64,000 nucleotides of DNA, taken from contig DASCPX010000070.1 in the NCBI GenBank assembly GCA_036012755.1, forward strand, positions 128,001 to 192,000. Direction: 5' to 3'. The notes under the pieces were generated by a model. It was not told where the DNA came from and did no database searches. It worked only from the letters and a program-made list of their open reading frames with translations. Position 1 is the first letter of the stretch. Each line of letters opens with the position of its first letter. Positions 1 through 9,545 of the stretch are shown piece by piece. A program made the position numbers and the translations under genes. The DNA comes from Myxococcota bacterium. Its GTDB lineage: Bacteria > Myxococcota_A > UBA796 > CAJQPC01.

Positions 1-755
1 AGCTCGAGGGCGTGCCAGGGATCTCGCGGCTCTGTCCACGGGCCCAGCAGGGACGTGGCCGGATCCGGGGTCTCGCACCACGAGGGGCTGAACTCGAGCC
101 TGGGCCGCGGCACTCGGGCGTCTGCCCGTATCTGCTCGGCGCTCCGCCCCTGTCTCCAGCAGGCCAGGATGTAGCGGTCGACCTCTCTCGATGGAAGGTG
201 CGCGCCCAAGTACAGCCGCGCCCTCCGCCGGGCCTGCTGGATGTCGGCCACGTCCTGCCCGAAGACGAAGACCCGGAAGCCGTCGTCTTCGCCGCCGCGA
301 TCGATGCCGGTGGGGCAGCGTCGAGAGACCAGCCCCGCCCGAGCCCTGGACAGCCACTCGAGCTGGTCGACTACCTCGACCCTGCCCGGGGCCAACAGCG
401 CGATCGAGAGGGGGATCAGGCCGCTGGAGGCCGCCTCCTTCACCAGCTCCAGCGGGCTCCCCACCAGCCGCAGCAGGTCTCGGAGCTGGCTCGTGCGCCA
501 GGGGACCCGCTCCTTGCAGAAGGCGGTGAAGCTGGAGTAGCCGAGCCTCGCGACGTCGTTGGCCCTGATCCAGCCGATGAGACGGGCCAGCCGAAGGTCG
601 ATGGCGGCGCCCTCTGTGGCCAGCTGCTCGACGGTCCCTCGCAGCTCCGCTAGCCGATCAGCTCGAGGGTGGAGCGGCCACGGCCCCAGCAGCGCGGCGA
701 TCACGGGGGATCGCAGCGCGGCAGGAGTGACGGTGGGGTCTTCTGGCGAGAGCAC
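1..755 (-). CDS. Partial gene running off the left edge; N-terminal region of a probable DUF222-like/HNH endonuclease-type protein
   Basis: Hand translation (not in the ORF track) is open to the window edge: ...IDLRLARLIGWIRANDVARLGYSSFTAFCKERVPW... The LGYSSF..F..ER motif resembles myxobacterial HNH proteins. Start uncertain (GTG at 755 or 704). Confidence 0.5.
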   Translation of the reverse strand, partial: MLSPEDPTVTPAALRSPVIAALLGPWPLHPRADRLAELRGTVEQLATEGAAIDLRLARLIGWIRANDVARLGYSSFTAFCKERVPWRTSQLRDLLRLVGSPLELVKEAASSGLIPLSIALLAPGRVEVVDQLEWLSRARAGLVSRRCPTGIDRGGEDDGFRVFVFGQDVADIQQARRRARLYLGAHLPSREVDRYILACWRQGRSAEQIRADARVPRPRLEFSPSWCETPDPATSLLGPWTEPRDPWHALE

Positions 756-884
756 CAGTGCATGTATCGAGGGGGTAGGCCAGAAACTGTCCGGCCCGCG
801 AGGCGTGGAGCGAAAGCGGCGAAGGGGCTTTCCGCCGGCGCTTCGCCCGCCCGTCGCGCGGTGGGCGGCTGTTAGGCTCCACCA

Positions 885-2771
885 GTGCGCCTCGCTGTCG
901 CCGCTTCGCTGACCCTCCTGCTGTCCGCGTGCATCACGGCCCCGGCCGGCTACCAGGCGCTCGTGCGCGACGTCGTCGACACGGACGGTGACGGCTACGC
1001 CGAGGAAGGCCTCGAGGAGCGGGGCGCGGAGCTCGGGCTGGAGCCCGGGGACTGTGACGACGAGGATCCCGACGTCAACCCTGGCGCCGACGAGGTGCTC
1101 TACGACGGCGTCGACGACGACTGCGACGCTTTCACCAGCGACAGCGACGGCGACGGTGACGGCTTCGACGCCATCGAGGTCGACGGTGACGACTGCGACG
1201 ACACCGATCCGAGCGTCAATCCGGCCGCTGATGAGAGCTGGTACGACGGCGTCGATCAGGACTGCACCGGCGGCAGCGACTACGACGCCGACGGAGACGG
1301 AGAGGACCACATCGACCACGGCGGGGCGGACTGCGACGATGACGACCCGGAGGTCACCGGGGCCTTCACCTTCTACGAGGACCTCGACGGCGACGGATAC
1401 GGCACCACCGAGATCCTCGCCTGCGCGCAACCCGCGGACAGCGCCCAGCTCGACGGGGACTGCGACGACTCGACCTCCGAGCGCGCCCCGGACCTCGACG
1501 AGGAGTGCGACGACGGGCTCGACAACGACTGCGACGACACGACGACCTGCCGGTGGGACGGAGATGTGTTGCTCGACCACGGCGTGCGGCTCAGCGGGGA
1601 CGCCGGGTCTGGGTTCGGGAATGGCGTCGCCCCATTGGGGGATGTCGACGGCGACGGTGTGGCCGACTTCATCCTCGGGGCGCCGAACGAGGGTCACGGC
1701 TGCGCGCACATCTACCGGGGGGGCACGCGCGCACCGACTTCACCTTGGCGCTCCATTTGCGATGAGGGGAGCGAATACGAGTTCGCCTATTCAGTAGGCG
1801 GCGGGCGGGATGCCGACCTGGACGGGGCGAACGAGTATCTGGTGGGGGAGAGTAGCGGCGCCGTCTACCTCTACGATGGGGCATCCGGTACCGAAGTGGC
1901 CGTGTTCGGCTCGGTTCAAATGGGCAGGCCAAGCTTGATCCAGTCTCTGTCGGGGGCTCCTTACCCAGACCTCCTGACGGGCGACTCGTTTGGGATGGAC
2001 GTGGGCGGCCACGTGTACCTGTTTCAGGGCATGGAGGGCGGTTGGTCTGGGAGCTACACCGAGAGCGATGCTATCGCCGTGATGCGAGACGAAGAGGCTG
2101 GACTCTTCGCCGCCACCTTCGGGACGGCTGACCTGAGCGGTGACGGGCTGCCCGATGTCGCGGTTGGCGACCCGGACGCAGATGCCGGGGGCTTCGATGC
2201 CGGGGCGGTGTTCGTCTTCGAGGGGCCCGTGGAGTCCACGCTTGGGCCCGCCGATGCTTCCACCAGCTTGCTCGGTGAGGACGCTGGAGACAAGGCGGGA
2301 AGTGGCATCTGTGCGGGAGATCTCGATGGCGATGGAGCTGCCGACCTGGTTGTGACTGGACTCGGTGCCAGTGCCGGCACGACCTGGGTTCTGATGAGCG
2401 CCGACCAGCCTGATGAGCTGGCGGATGCAGGACTCCGTGTCGAGGCGTCCTCAGCAGACGAGGGAGTTGGGTACGGCTGCGCTGTCGGCGACTTCGACGG
2501 CGACGGGGCCGCTGATCTCGCGCTGGGCACGCCGGCCAACGGTGCGGGTGGTAGCTACGCCGGAGGCCTCCTCGTGGTCTGGGGGCCCGCGTCGGGGACC
2601 GCACTCCCCGGAACCACGCTCGCTGGGGACACACCGGGGGAGCTTGCGGGCTTCCGCGCCGCAAACCTGGGGGATTTCGACGGCGACGGCACGGATGACC
2701 TGCTGCTCACCGCGACGGCGAGCTCTGAGGCGGACGGCGCGGTGTATCTCATCTTCGGGCGGGGTTTGTAG
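885..2771 (+). CDS. Secreted lipoprotein with Cys/Asp putative metal-binding repeats and an FG-GAP (integrin-alpha-like) propeller
   Basis: Lipobox LLSAC; repeated DCDD.DP.VNPGA.E..YDGVD.DC; repeated GD.DGDG..D...GAP motifs. Confidence 0.85.
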   Translation: MRLAVAASLTLLLSACITAPAGYQALVRDVVDTDGDGYAEEGLEERGAELGLEPGDCDDEDPDVNPGADEVLYDGVDDDCDAFTSDSDGDGDGFDAIEVDGDDCDDTDPSVNPAADESWYDGVDQDCTGGSDYDADGDGEDHIDHGGADCDDDDPEVTGAFTFYEDLDGDGYGTTEILACAQPADSAQLDGDCDDSTSERAPDLDEECDDGLDNDCDDTTTCRWDGDVLLDHGVRLSGDAGSGFGNGVAPLGDVDGDGVADFILGAPNEGHGCAHIYRGGTRAPTSPWRSICDEGSEYEFAYSVGGGRDADLDGANEYLVGESSGAVYLYDGASGTEVAVFGSVQMGRPSLIQSLSGAPYPDLLTGDSFGMDVGGHVYLFQGMEGGWSGSYTESDAIAVMRDEEAGLFAATFGTADLSGDGLPDVAVGDPDADAGGFDAGAVFVFEGPVESTLGPADASTSLLGEDAGDKAGSGICAGDLDGDGAADLVVTGLGASAGTTWVLMSADQPDELADAGLRVEASSADEGVGYGCAVGDFDGDGAADLALGTPANGAGGSYAGGLLVVWGPASGTALPGTTLAGDTPGELAGFRAANLGDFDGDGTDDLLLTATASSEADGAVYLIFGRGL

Positions 2772-2795
2772 GGACCATCCGGCCCGGCGCGGCAG

Positions 2796-3656
2796 CTATC
2801 TCACAGAGGTGTAGACCAACAGACGCGCCGGCTTGGCGTCCTCGCCGAAGTCGACGCAGACGAGGTCCGGGTGGAGGTAGTCCTCGAAGTCCCAGCCGCT
2901 CCGAAGCGCGGATAGGTGTGCATTCGCGGCGAGTCCGAGGTCGAGGCGGATCTGGTCCACGCCCTGCCAGGCCAGGCTGGCTGTCTCGGGCCGGTGGGAC
3001 TCGGGCATCCACATGAGCTTGTCACCGCCTCGGCCTCCAGCGGTGACCCGGCGACCCCAGAGATAGCGCCGGTTCTCGAAGAAGGGATTCCAAGGCAGGC
3101 GGTCTCGCCAGTCCACGAGGACCTCGGGCACCTGCCGAAAGTCACCCGGGCGATCCTCGGCCATCCAGTAGTCCTTGGCCGCAACGATGGCGTCGTCGCG
3201 GATGTCCAGGCAGACCGCGACCGGTCGCCAGCCTTCTGGCCGAGGGGGTGGCTGGTGGCCAGCCAGCGCGAAGACCGCGTCGATCAGCTCGGCATCATCG
3301 AGCTCCTCGAAGTACAGCCCGATCCGGTCGAGGCGGCCGTTGCGGTACTTGAAGGAGGCGGTCGTCTGGACAGCGCCGGGAGGGGACAGGGCCAGAAAGG
3401 CTGCTGTGACTCGTAGACCGAGAGTCTCTAGACGCTCACGAAAAGCGCTGGGCTCACCCTTGTCATTGAGCGACCAGCGCACCTCGCTGTCGCCGCAGGC
3501 GAAGGAGACGTCGAACTTGAAGCGCCGGGCCTCGCGGCTGGCCACATCCCAGTCGATGAAGCTGGTGTCGGGTACCGAGGCGAGGACGCGCTCGATGGCT
3601 TCGCGCGGGACCGGGTGCTCGGGGCGGTGGTCGGGTCCCCGAGAGCTGGAGGCCAT
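2796..3656 (-). CDS. Hypothetical protein (286 aa)
   Basis: Coding-like composition, fills the gap between neighbours, divergent from the kinase gene. Confidence 0.65.
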   Translation of the reverse strand: MASSSRGPDHRPEHPVPREAIERVLASVPDTSFIDWDVASREARRFKFDVSFACGDSEVRWSLNDKGEPSAFRERLETLGLRVTAAFLALSPPGAVQTTASFKYRNGRLDRIGLYFEELDDAELIDAVFALAGHQPPPRPEGWRPVAVCLDIRDDAIVAAKDYWMAEDRPGDFRQVPEVLVDWRDRLPWNPFFENRRYLWGRRVTAGGRGGDKLMWMPESHRPETASLAWQGVDQIRLDLGLAANAHLSALRSGWDFEDYLHPDLVCVDFGEDAKPARLLVYTSVR

Positions 3657-3708
3657 TGGTCCTCGGCGCGTGGTCTTCCCGACGATAGCGCGGCGGTAGG
3701 CTCCGACA

Positions 3709-5346
3709 ATGGCGAAGCCCCCTCACCACCTCGGACCAGCGGTCCCGGTCGGAAGCCATGCTGGGGTCCAGGTCTTCAGGGTGGAGACAGGCTTCGTCAA
3801 GTGCTTCGACGAGCCATCCCGCTGCCGGCGGGAGCTCGCGGTCCTTCGCGACCCGCCGCCCTGCGTCGTGCCGGATCTCCTCGAGGCAGGCGACGACTGG
3901 CTCATGACCGCCGATGTCAGGGCCGGACGCGACCCGCGGGTGCGGCGGGTGGAGGCCCTCGTCGAGGCGGCTCGGGTCCTCGCCCGGGTCCACGGCCACC
4001 GGGTGTCGGGCAGCCTCCCTGCCGCGGAGCACATGCGCAACCTGGACGCGCGGGTTCACAGCGCCGGTGTGCAGGGTGTCTTCTCGGGGTTCATCGGCGT
4101 CGGGGACGCCTTCTGTCATCACGATCTGCACGCCTCGAACTGGATCATGGAAGGGGGGCGACCCGTCGGGTTGCTGGACTGGGCCAGCTCGGGACACGGC
4201 GACCCCGAAGAGGATCTCGCCCGCCTGCTGCGCGGCTCGTCGTCCGATGTCGAAGTCGCCGTGATCGCCGCCTGGGAGAGAGAGGGGCAGCGCGCTCTGG
4301 ACCGTCGGAGGCTGCGGGCCTACGCGGCGCTGTTGGCTAGCGAGGAAGGAGGGGTCGCCCCAGCCCTCGAGGGTGCTCCCTTCCACGGTCAGCGCAGGAC
4401 CGTCCGTTGCGTGGACAAGGAGGAGCACCCCGCCCTGCGCTGGCTCCCGATCTCGGCACCGGCGATCGAGGTCGCGCTGGAGAGGGAAGGTCTCCGCGAC
4501 GCCCAGGTGGTCTCCAGCTTCGCCGCTCACGCCTGCAACGACGTGCTCCGCATTCGCTGGCAGGACCGGGACCTGATCCTGAAGGTCTACAACAAGCCAG
4601 TCGAGACCTGGCTCTTCGAGCTCGAACGAGGGCTCGCCAAGGTACTGGAGCAGACGGCTGCCTGTGTCCCGGCACCGCTCGCGCTCCCAAGTGGCGGACA
4701 CCTCCTACGCATCGGCCCGCGCCTCGCCGCGGTCTACCCGGACTGTGGGGACGAGCGTCCCGACCTCTCCGCGGCTTGCTTGAGGCGTCTGGCCATGGCC
4801 CAGGCCGCCTTCGTCTCCGCCGAGTCGATGAGCGTGCCACTTGCGGGCCTGCCTGATCCGGCGGTGGACCGATGGACCGGTGGTGGGCTGTCCGAAGACA
4901 CTCGCGGGCGCCTGGCGGCCATCCTGGAGCGCACTCGGGAAGCCTCCGTGGGTCTACCTGTCTCGACGATCCATGGCTCCTTCCATCGGGATCACACGAG
5001 CCTGATGGCGGACGGGCGAGTCGCCATCTTCGACCTGGAGAAGGCTCGGCGCGGCCCGAGGATCGTCGACGTCGTGAACACGGCCTACCACCTGGGCTAC
5101 CGCAACAACGACGAGCGCCTCGAACCACGCCTGATGGTCTTCTACCTCTGCGAGGTCCATCGTCACCTGCGGCTCGGTGCCGAGGAGATCGAGCGGATCC
5201 CGAACCTGCTGTTGCGTGCCTTCGTTCTGGACCTGGCGGCTGTCGGGGCCTCGCCGGCGCACCTGTCTTCACACCTGCGGCTCACCTTCGAGTTCGAGGC
5301 CAACGTGCACAACATCGCGAGATCGCTCGACCGCTACCTCGACTGA
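3709..5346 (+). CDS. Tandem aminoglycoside-phosphotransferase/choline-kinase-like protein (two APH-type domains)
   Basis: Domain 1 HHDLHASNWI...LLDW; domain 2 LILKVY...IHGSFHRDH...IFDLE. Confidence 0.75.
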   Translation: MAKPPHHLGPAVPVGSHAGVQVFRVETGFVKCFDEPSRCRRELAVLRDPPPCVVPDLLEAGDDWLMTADVRAGRDPRVRRVEALVEAARVLARVHGHRVSGSLPAAEHMRNLDARVHSAGVQGVFSGFIGVGDAFCHHDLHASNWIMEGGRPVGLLDWASSGHGDPEEDLARLLRGSSSDVEVAVIAAWEREGQRALDRRRLRAYAALLASEEGGVAPALEGAPFHGQRRTVRCVDKEEHPALRWLPISAPAIEVALEREGLRDAQVVSSFAAHACNDVLRIRWQDRDLILKVYNKPVETWLFELERGLAKVLEQTAACVPAPLALPSGGHLLRIGPRLAAVYPDCGDERPDLSAACLRRLAMAQAAFVSAESMSVPLAGLPDPAVDRWTGGGLSEDTRGRLAAILERTREASVGLPVSTIHGSFHRDHTSLMADGRVAIFDLEKARRGPRIVDVVNTAYHLGYRNNDERLEPRLMVFYLCEVHRHLRLGAEEIERIPNLLLRAFVLDLAAVGASPAHLSSHLRLTFEFEANVHNIARSLDRYLD

Positions 5347-5351
5347 GTCGC

Positions 5352-6671
5352 TCAGGTCCCAGAGAACTGCACCCCATCGAAGACCAGGGTCGGCACGCGG
5401 TAGCTCGAGTGCTTCCACACGTCGCTGGCGGGCTCGACGAAGCGGGAGATGAGGTCGATGAGGTTTCCCGTCACGTTCATCTCGCTGAGGTTCTGGGCCC
5501 ACTCGCCGTGGCGGTAGAGCTGGCCCCGGATGCCGAAGCTGAAGTCCCCGCTGGCGGGGTTCGAGTTGCCGCCGAGGAAGCTCGTGACTCGGATGCACTC
5601 GGGGTAGCTCGCGGCGATCTCCCGCCAGGAGCGTGGGCCGGGGGCGATGACCACGTTCCCGGCTCGCCCGGTCGTCGGCTCCACGCCGAGCTTGCGGGAG
5701 TGGTAGAGGCCGACGTACCAGGTGTTCAACACACCCTCTGTGAAGATGGGACGCGCGCGGGCGACGAAGCCGTCTCCGTCGAAGGGCTTCGAGCCGAGGC
5801 CACGCGGGATGGTCGGATCGTCGAGGACCGAAAAGGCGCTGGAGCCGAGCTTGTCTCCGAGCTTGTCGTGCATGCAGCTGCGGCCGTGATGAAGGGAGGT
5901 GCCAGAGAGCGGGCTCAACAGGGCGCCGAGGAGCCGGGGGGCGACCCGGGCGTCCAGCAGCATCGGGCAGACCGTGGAGGCGCAAGCAGAGGTGTCCCGG
6001 ACGGCCGCGGCGCGGGTCCAGAGGTCCTCTGCCACCGCGCTCATGGTCGGCAGGTCGTCGAGGTGGGCGGCGTTGATGAAGCTGTAGGCCTCTGGCAGCT
6101 TTCCGCTCGGCTCCTTCAGCGTCACCATGCCGCCGAAGCCGAAGTGGGTGCGCTCGGAGTGACCCTCGAAGCCGTTGCTGAAGGCGCAGTCGGAGCGATT
6201 CCGCATGTCCCACAAGAAAGCCGTGGCGGAGACCAGGTCGTCGCCGGCGCCTGCGAGCACGGCCTCCTCCAGCCGGGCGATGCCCCCTCGCCGGATCACG
6301 CTGTCTCGCCCGTCGAAGCTGGTCTCGTCAGCGGCGTCCAGGGAGGCGACGTCCAGGCTGCCCATGCGCTCCCGCGCGGCCATCGCCCGGTCGGGATCGG
6401 GCTCCAGGTAGCGGGTCCCGTCGACCGCCCGCTGGAGGAAGGCCTCGACAGCCTCGGGCCGCAGATCAGAGGTGCTGTGAGAGGAGAAGCGCTCGTCGAC
6501 CAGGAGGCTCACGGAGAGACCGAGGGTGCTGGCCTCGTGGACCCGCTCGAGCTTGCCGGCGCGACGCTCCAGCTCGACCTCGCTGCCCGAACGCACGTAG
6601 GCCTTGACCTCGTCGGCGCCCAGTCTCCGGGCGGTCTCGACCGCGTTGTTGGCCGTCTCGATCGGTGTCAT
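5352..6671 (-). CDS. pmbA: TldE/PmbA family protein
   Basis: SKPFDGDG, G+NPASGDFS motifs; ATGA-coupled downstream of tldD. Confidence 0.9.
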   Translation of the reverse strand: MTPIETANNAVETARRLGADEVKAYVRSGSEVELERRAGKLERVHEASTLGLSVSLLVDERFSSHSTSDLRPEAVEAFLQRAVDGTRYLEPDPDRAMAARERMGSLDVASLDAADETSFDGRDSVIRRGGIARLEEAVLAGAGDDLVSATAFLWDMRNRSDCAFSNGFEGHSERTHFGFGGMVTLKEPSGKLPEAYSFINAAHLDDLPTMSAVAEDLWTRAAAVRDTSACASTVCPMLLDARVAPRLLGALLSPLSGTSLHHGRSCMHDKLGDKLGSSAFSVLDDPTIPRGLGSKPFDGDGFVARARPIFTEGVLNTWYVGLYHSRKLGVEPTTGRAGNVVIAPGPRSWREIAASYPECIRVTSFLGGNSNPASGDFSFGIRGQLYRHGEWAQNLSEMNVTGNLIDLISRFVEPASDVWKHSSYRVPTLVFDGVQFSGT

Positions 6672-8119
6672 CCCTCACCCCCGACGGTCAGCGAGCCCAC
6701 CCGGACCGTGGGCTGGCCCTGGCTCACGGGCACGCCCTGGCCGTCCTTTCCGCAGGTCCAGCCGCCCTCGTCGAGCAGCAGGTCGCCGCCGACCATGTCC
6801 ACCTGTTCCAGCGCCGCGGGGCCGTTGCCGATGATGTTCACGTCCTTGATCGGTCGCGTCAGCTTGCCGTCCTCGATGAGCCAGCCGGTCTTCATGTAGA
6901 AGGTGAAGTCGCCCGCTCCGATCTGGACCGCGCCGTTCTGGAAGGAGGTGCAGTAGATGCCTCGCTTCGTGTTGGCGATGATCTCCTCGGGGGAGTGGGG
7001 ACCAGGCTCCATGTAGGTCGCCCGCATGCGCGGGATCGGGTGGTGGCGGAAGCTCTCCCGCCGGCCGGATCCGGTGGGCTGCACCCCGTAGTGGGCGGCG
7101 CTGATCTCGTCGTGCATGTAGCCGCGCAGGACACCCTCCTCGATGAGCACGGTGCGCTCGGCGAGGTTGCCCTCGTCGTCCACGTTGATGGCGCCCCTGC
7201 TGCCCTCGACCGTGCCGTCGTCGACGACCGTGACGAAGTCGGGAGCGACCTTCTTGTTCAGGCGAGAGGCATAGATGCTGATGCCCTTGCGGTTGAAATC
7301 AGCCTCCAGCCCGTGTCCGATGGCCTCGTGGAGCAGGATGCCGCTGGCTCCGGCGGCGAGGACGACTGGCATCTCCCCAGCCGGGGGCTTGCCCGCGTCC
7401 AGGAGGAAGGTGGTCCGCTCGACGGCCCTTCGAACCATGCGATCCTGCCGCTCCAGGTCGTCGAAGTACTCGAGCCCGGCGCGAGCGGCGAGGTTGTAGC
7501 TGTTGCTCTCCAGGCGGCCGCCCTCGGCCTCTGCGGAGCAGACGACCATGGCCCGGCACATGGGCTGGTAGTCCTCTGCCAGGCGTCCGTCCGGGCGCAC
7601 GATCAGCAGGACCCTCTCTCCGTCGACGAGGTGGGTCTGGACCTTCTGGATGCGTTCGTCGAGGGCGAAGGCCTGCTCCTCCCAGCGACGCACCATCGGC
7701 ACGCGCAGGTCCATGCCGACGGCCTCCCAGCGCCTCTGGACCGGGTAGTAGGAGGGCAGGTCCAACAGCGCGAGGTCCACGGTCTCCCTCGAGCCACCAC
7801 CGGCAGCGATGGCCGAGGCGGTCTTCGCAGCAGAGAGCATCGAAGCCAGGCCGAGGTTCTCCGTGTAGGCGTAGCCCACGGCCTCGCCGAAGCGGGCGCG
7901 CACTCCGAGGCCGAGGTCCACGTGGGTCGAGGCCTTGTTGACGGAGCCGTCCGACAGGGAGACCGAGGTGACCACGCTGTGCTCGAAGAAGAGGTCGCAG
8001 TCCGTGGCCCCTCCCGAGAGGGCGGCGGCGAGGACGTTGTCGAGGACCTCTCGGCTGATGCCGAAGCGCTCGAAGTAGCGTCCACGAGGAGCCCCGTGGA
8101 CCGTGATGGGCTGACTCAT
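6668..8119 (-). CDS. tldD: TldD metalloprotease
   Basis: LLHEAIGHGLEAD zinc motif, DDEG, PRMRAT, CGKDGQGVPVSQGQP. Confidence 0.95.
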   Translation of the reverse strand: MSQPITVHGAPRGRYFERFGISREVLDNVLAAALSGGATDCDLFFEHSVVTSVSLSDGSVNKASTHVDLGLGVRARFGEAVGYAYTENLGLASMLSAAKTASAIAAGGGSRETVDLALLDLPSYYPVQRRWEAVGMDLRVPMVRRWEEQAFALDERIQKVQTHLVDGERVLLIVRPDGRLAEDYQPMCRAMVVCSAEAEGGRLESNSYNLAARAGLEYFDDLERQDRMVRRAVERTTFLLDAGKPPAGEMPVVLAAGASGILLHEAIGHGLEADFNRKGISIYASRLNKKVAPDFVTVVDDGTVEGSRGAINVDDEGNLAERTVLIEEGVLRGYMHDEISAAHYGVQPTGSGRRESFRHHPIPRMRATYMEPGPHSPEEIIANTKRGIYCTSFQNGAVQIGAGDFTFYMKTGWLIEDGKLTRPIKDVNIIGNGPAALEQVDMVGGDLLLDEGGWTCGKDGQGVPVSQGQPTVRVGSLTVGGEG

Positions 8120-8128
8120 GGGGTGGGC

Positions 8129-8977
8129 TTAACTCCAGACCGCCAGCTCCAGGGCGGTGGCGCTGATGTTCAGGCAGACGTGAGCCACGATGGCGCTCTC
8201 GACGCCGCTTCGGCGTGCCAGCCAGCCGAAGAAGAGGCCGATGAGGAAGATCTGGAGGATCTTCATCCCGGGGGCGGTCGTGTTCGGCGCGTGGAGGATG
8301 GCCCAGAACACCGAGGTCAGGACGATGGCGACCCAGCCGGCTCTCTCGGTGCCGCCGAACCACTTCTCGAGCCAGCGCTGGACCACGCCACGGAAGAGCA
8401 GCTCCTCGCCGACCGCCGCGGCGCAGACCGCCGGCAGCACCACCCCCCACTGGAACCAGCCGGCGTCGCGGTCGAGGTCGGGTGTGAGATCCATGGCGAA
8501 GTCGAGGAGCGAGCCGATCTCTATGCCGAGGAGGTGGAAGGCCAGGGTGCTCAGGATGCCGAAGAGCAAGCCGGCGCCTGCCCCGATGAGCCATCCCGAG
8601 GTGGCGTCCGGCAGCCCGTAGAGCTTCGGGAAGGGGTGGCTCGGCCCCCCTGCTCGAAGCGCCACCGGCACCATGATCCCGTACAGCCCGAGGGTGATGA
8701 GCGCGCCGGTGACCACCCCGGTCAGCGCGGCCGCCGGGTTGTCCTGGTTCGGCAGGAAGGGGATCAGCTCGCTGATGTCCGTGTACAGCGCCCCGACCAC
8801 CCGGTTCGGGAGGTCGAGCAGCACCATCCCCCCGGCGATGACGAGGCCCTTCTTGAAGTTCGCCGTGGTGTGGGTCCAGGACCGCGCGGCGGCGATGAAG
8901 ACAGCCAGCATGGCGCCGCCCTGCAGCGCGGCCCCGAAGAAGGTCAGGAGCAGGACGGGGATCGAGACGTTGTCCAT
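8129..8977 (-). CDS. CPBP (CAAX/Abi) family intramembrane glutamic endopeptidase
   Basis: EELLFRG, FWAILH, AHVCLN; multiple TM helices; start placed at ATG 8977 (MDNVSIP). Confidence 0.85.
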   Translation of the reverse strand: MDNVSIPVLLLTFFGAALQGGAMLAVFIAAARSWTHTTANFKKGLVIAGGMVLLDLPNRVVGALYTDISELIPFLPNQDNPAAALTGVVTGALITLGLYGIMVPVALRAGGPSHPFPKLYGLPDATSGWLIGAGAGLLFGILSTLAFHLLGIEIGSLLDFAMDLTPDLDRDAGWFQWGVVLPAVCAAAVGEELLFRGVVQRWLEKWFGGTERAGWVAIVLTSVFWAILHAPNTTAPGMKILQIFLIGLFFGWLARRSGVESAIVAHVCLNISATALELAVWS

Positions 8978-8999
8978 CGCGCGCAGGTTAGCGGAGGGC

Positions 9000-9545
9000 A
9001 TGGCGTGGATTCGGACCGTTGGCGACGACGAGGCCCTCGGCAGCCTCGCCAAGCACTACCGAGGCGCGCTCAGGCGCGCCGGGCGGGTCTTCGGGATCGT
9101 GCGGCTCCACAGCCTGGACCCCCGGCTGCTCGGGGCCTCGATGCGGCTCTACCACGCCACGACCACCGACGAGGACCTCCCCCTGACCCGCGCGCAGCGA
9201 GAGCTGATCGCGGTCGTGACGTCGAAGGCCAACGACTGCTTCTACTGAACGGAGGCGCACGGAGAGGATCTCCGTGGTGCTGGCTTCCCGGACTCCCTCG
9301 TCGATCACATCGTGCGCGACTGGAAGAGCGCCGAACTCTCCAGCGTGGATCGGGCTCTGTGCGAGTACGCCGAGAAGCTGACGCTGTCACCCTCCGAGAT
9401 GAAGCGCGCGGACGTCGACGCCCTGAGGGCAGTCGGGCTGACCGACGAGCAGATCCTCAACGCCGCCGCCACCTGCAGCTACTTCAACTTCATCAACCGG
9501 ATGGCGGACGGGCTCGGGGTGGATCTGGAGCCCGAGATGAGGTGA
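9000..9545 (+). CDS. AhpD/carboxymuconolactone-decarboxylase-like peroxidase-related protein, probable selenoprotein (CxxU; TGA 9246-9248 read as Sec), 181 aa
   Basis: RELIAVVTSKANDCFY-TGA-TEAHGEDLR continues in frame into the 9312..9545 ORF (...YFNFINRMADGLG). GGAGG RBS before ATG 9000; hairpin after the TGA. Confidence 0.88.
9258..9276 (+). promoter_or_regulatory. Candidate bacterial SECIS hairpin
   Basis: CACGGAGA-GGA-TCTCCGTG: perfect 8-bp stem with a G-starting loop at 9266-9268, just 3' of the in-frame TGA. Confidence 0.7.

Noticed and set aside
9493..9545. 53-bp convergent overlap of the selenoprotein and GMC genes as antisense regulation
   Set aside because: Short 3' overlaps are common in high-GC genomes and there is no further evidence
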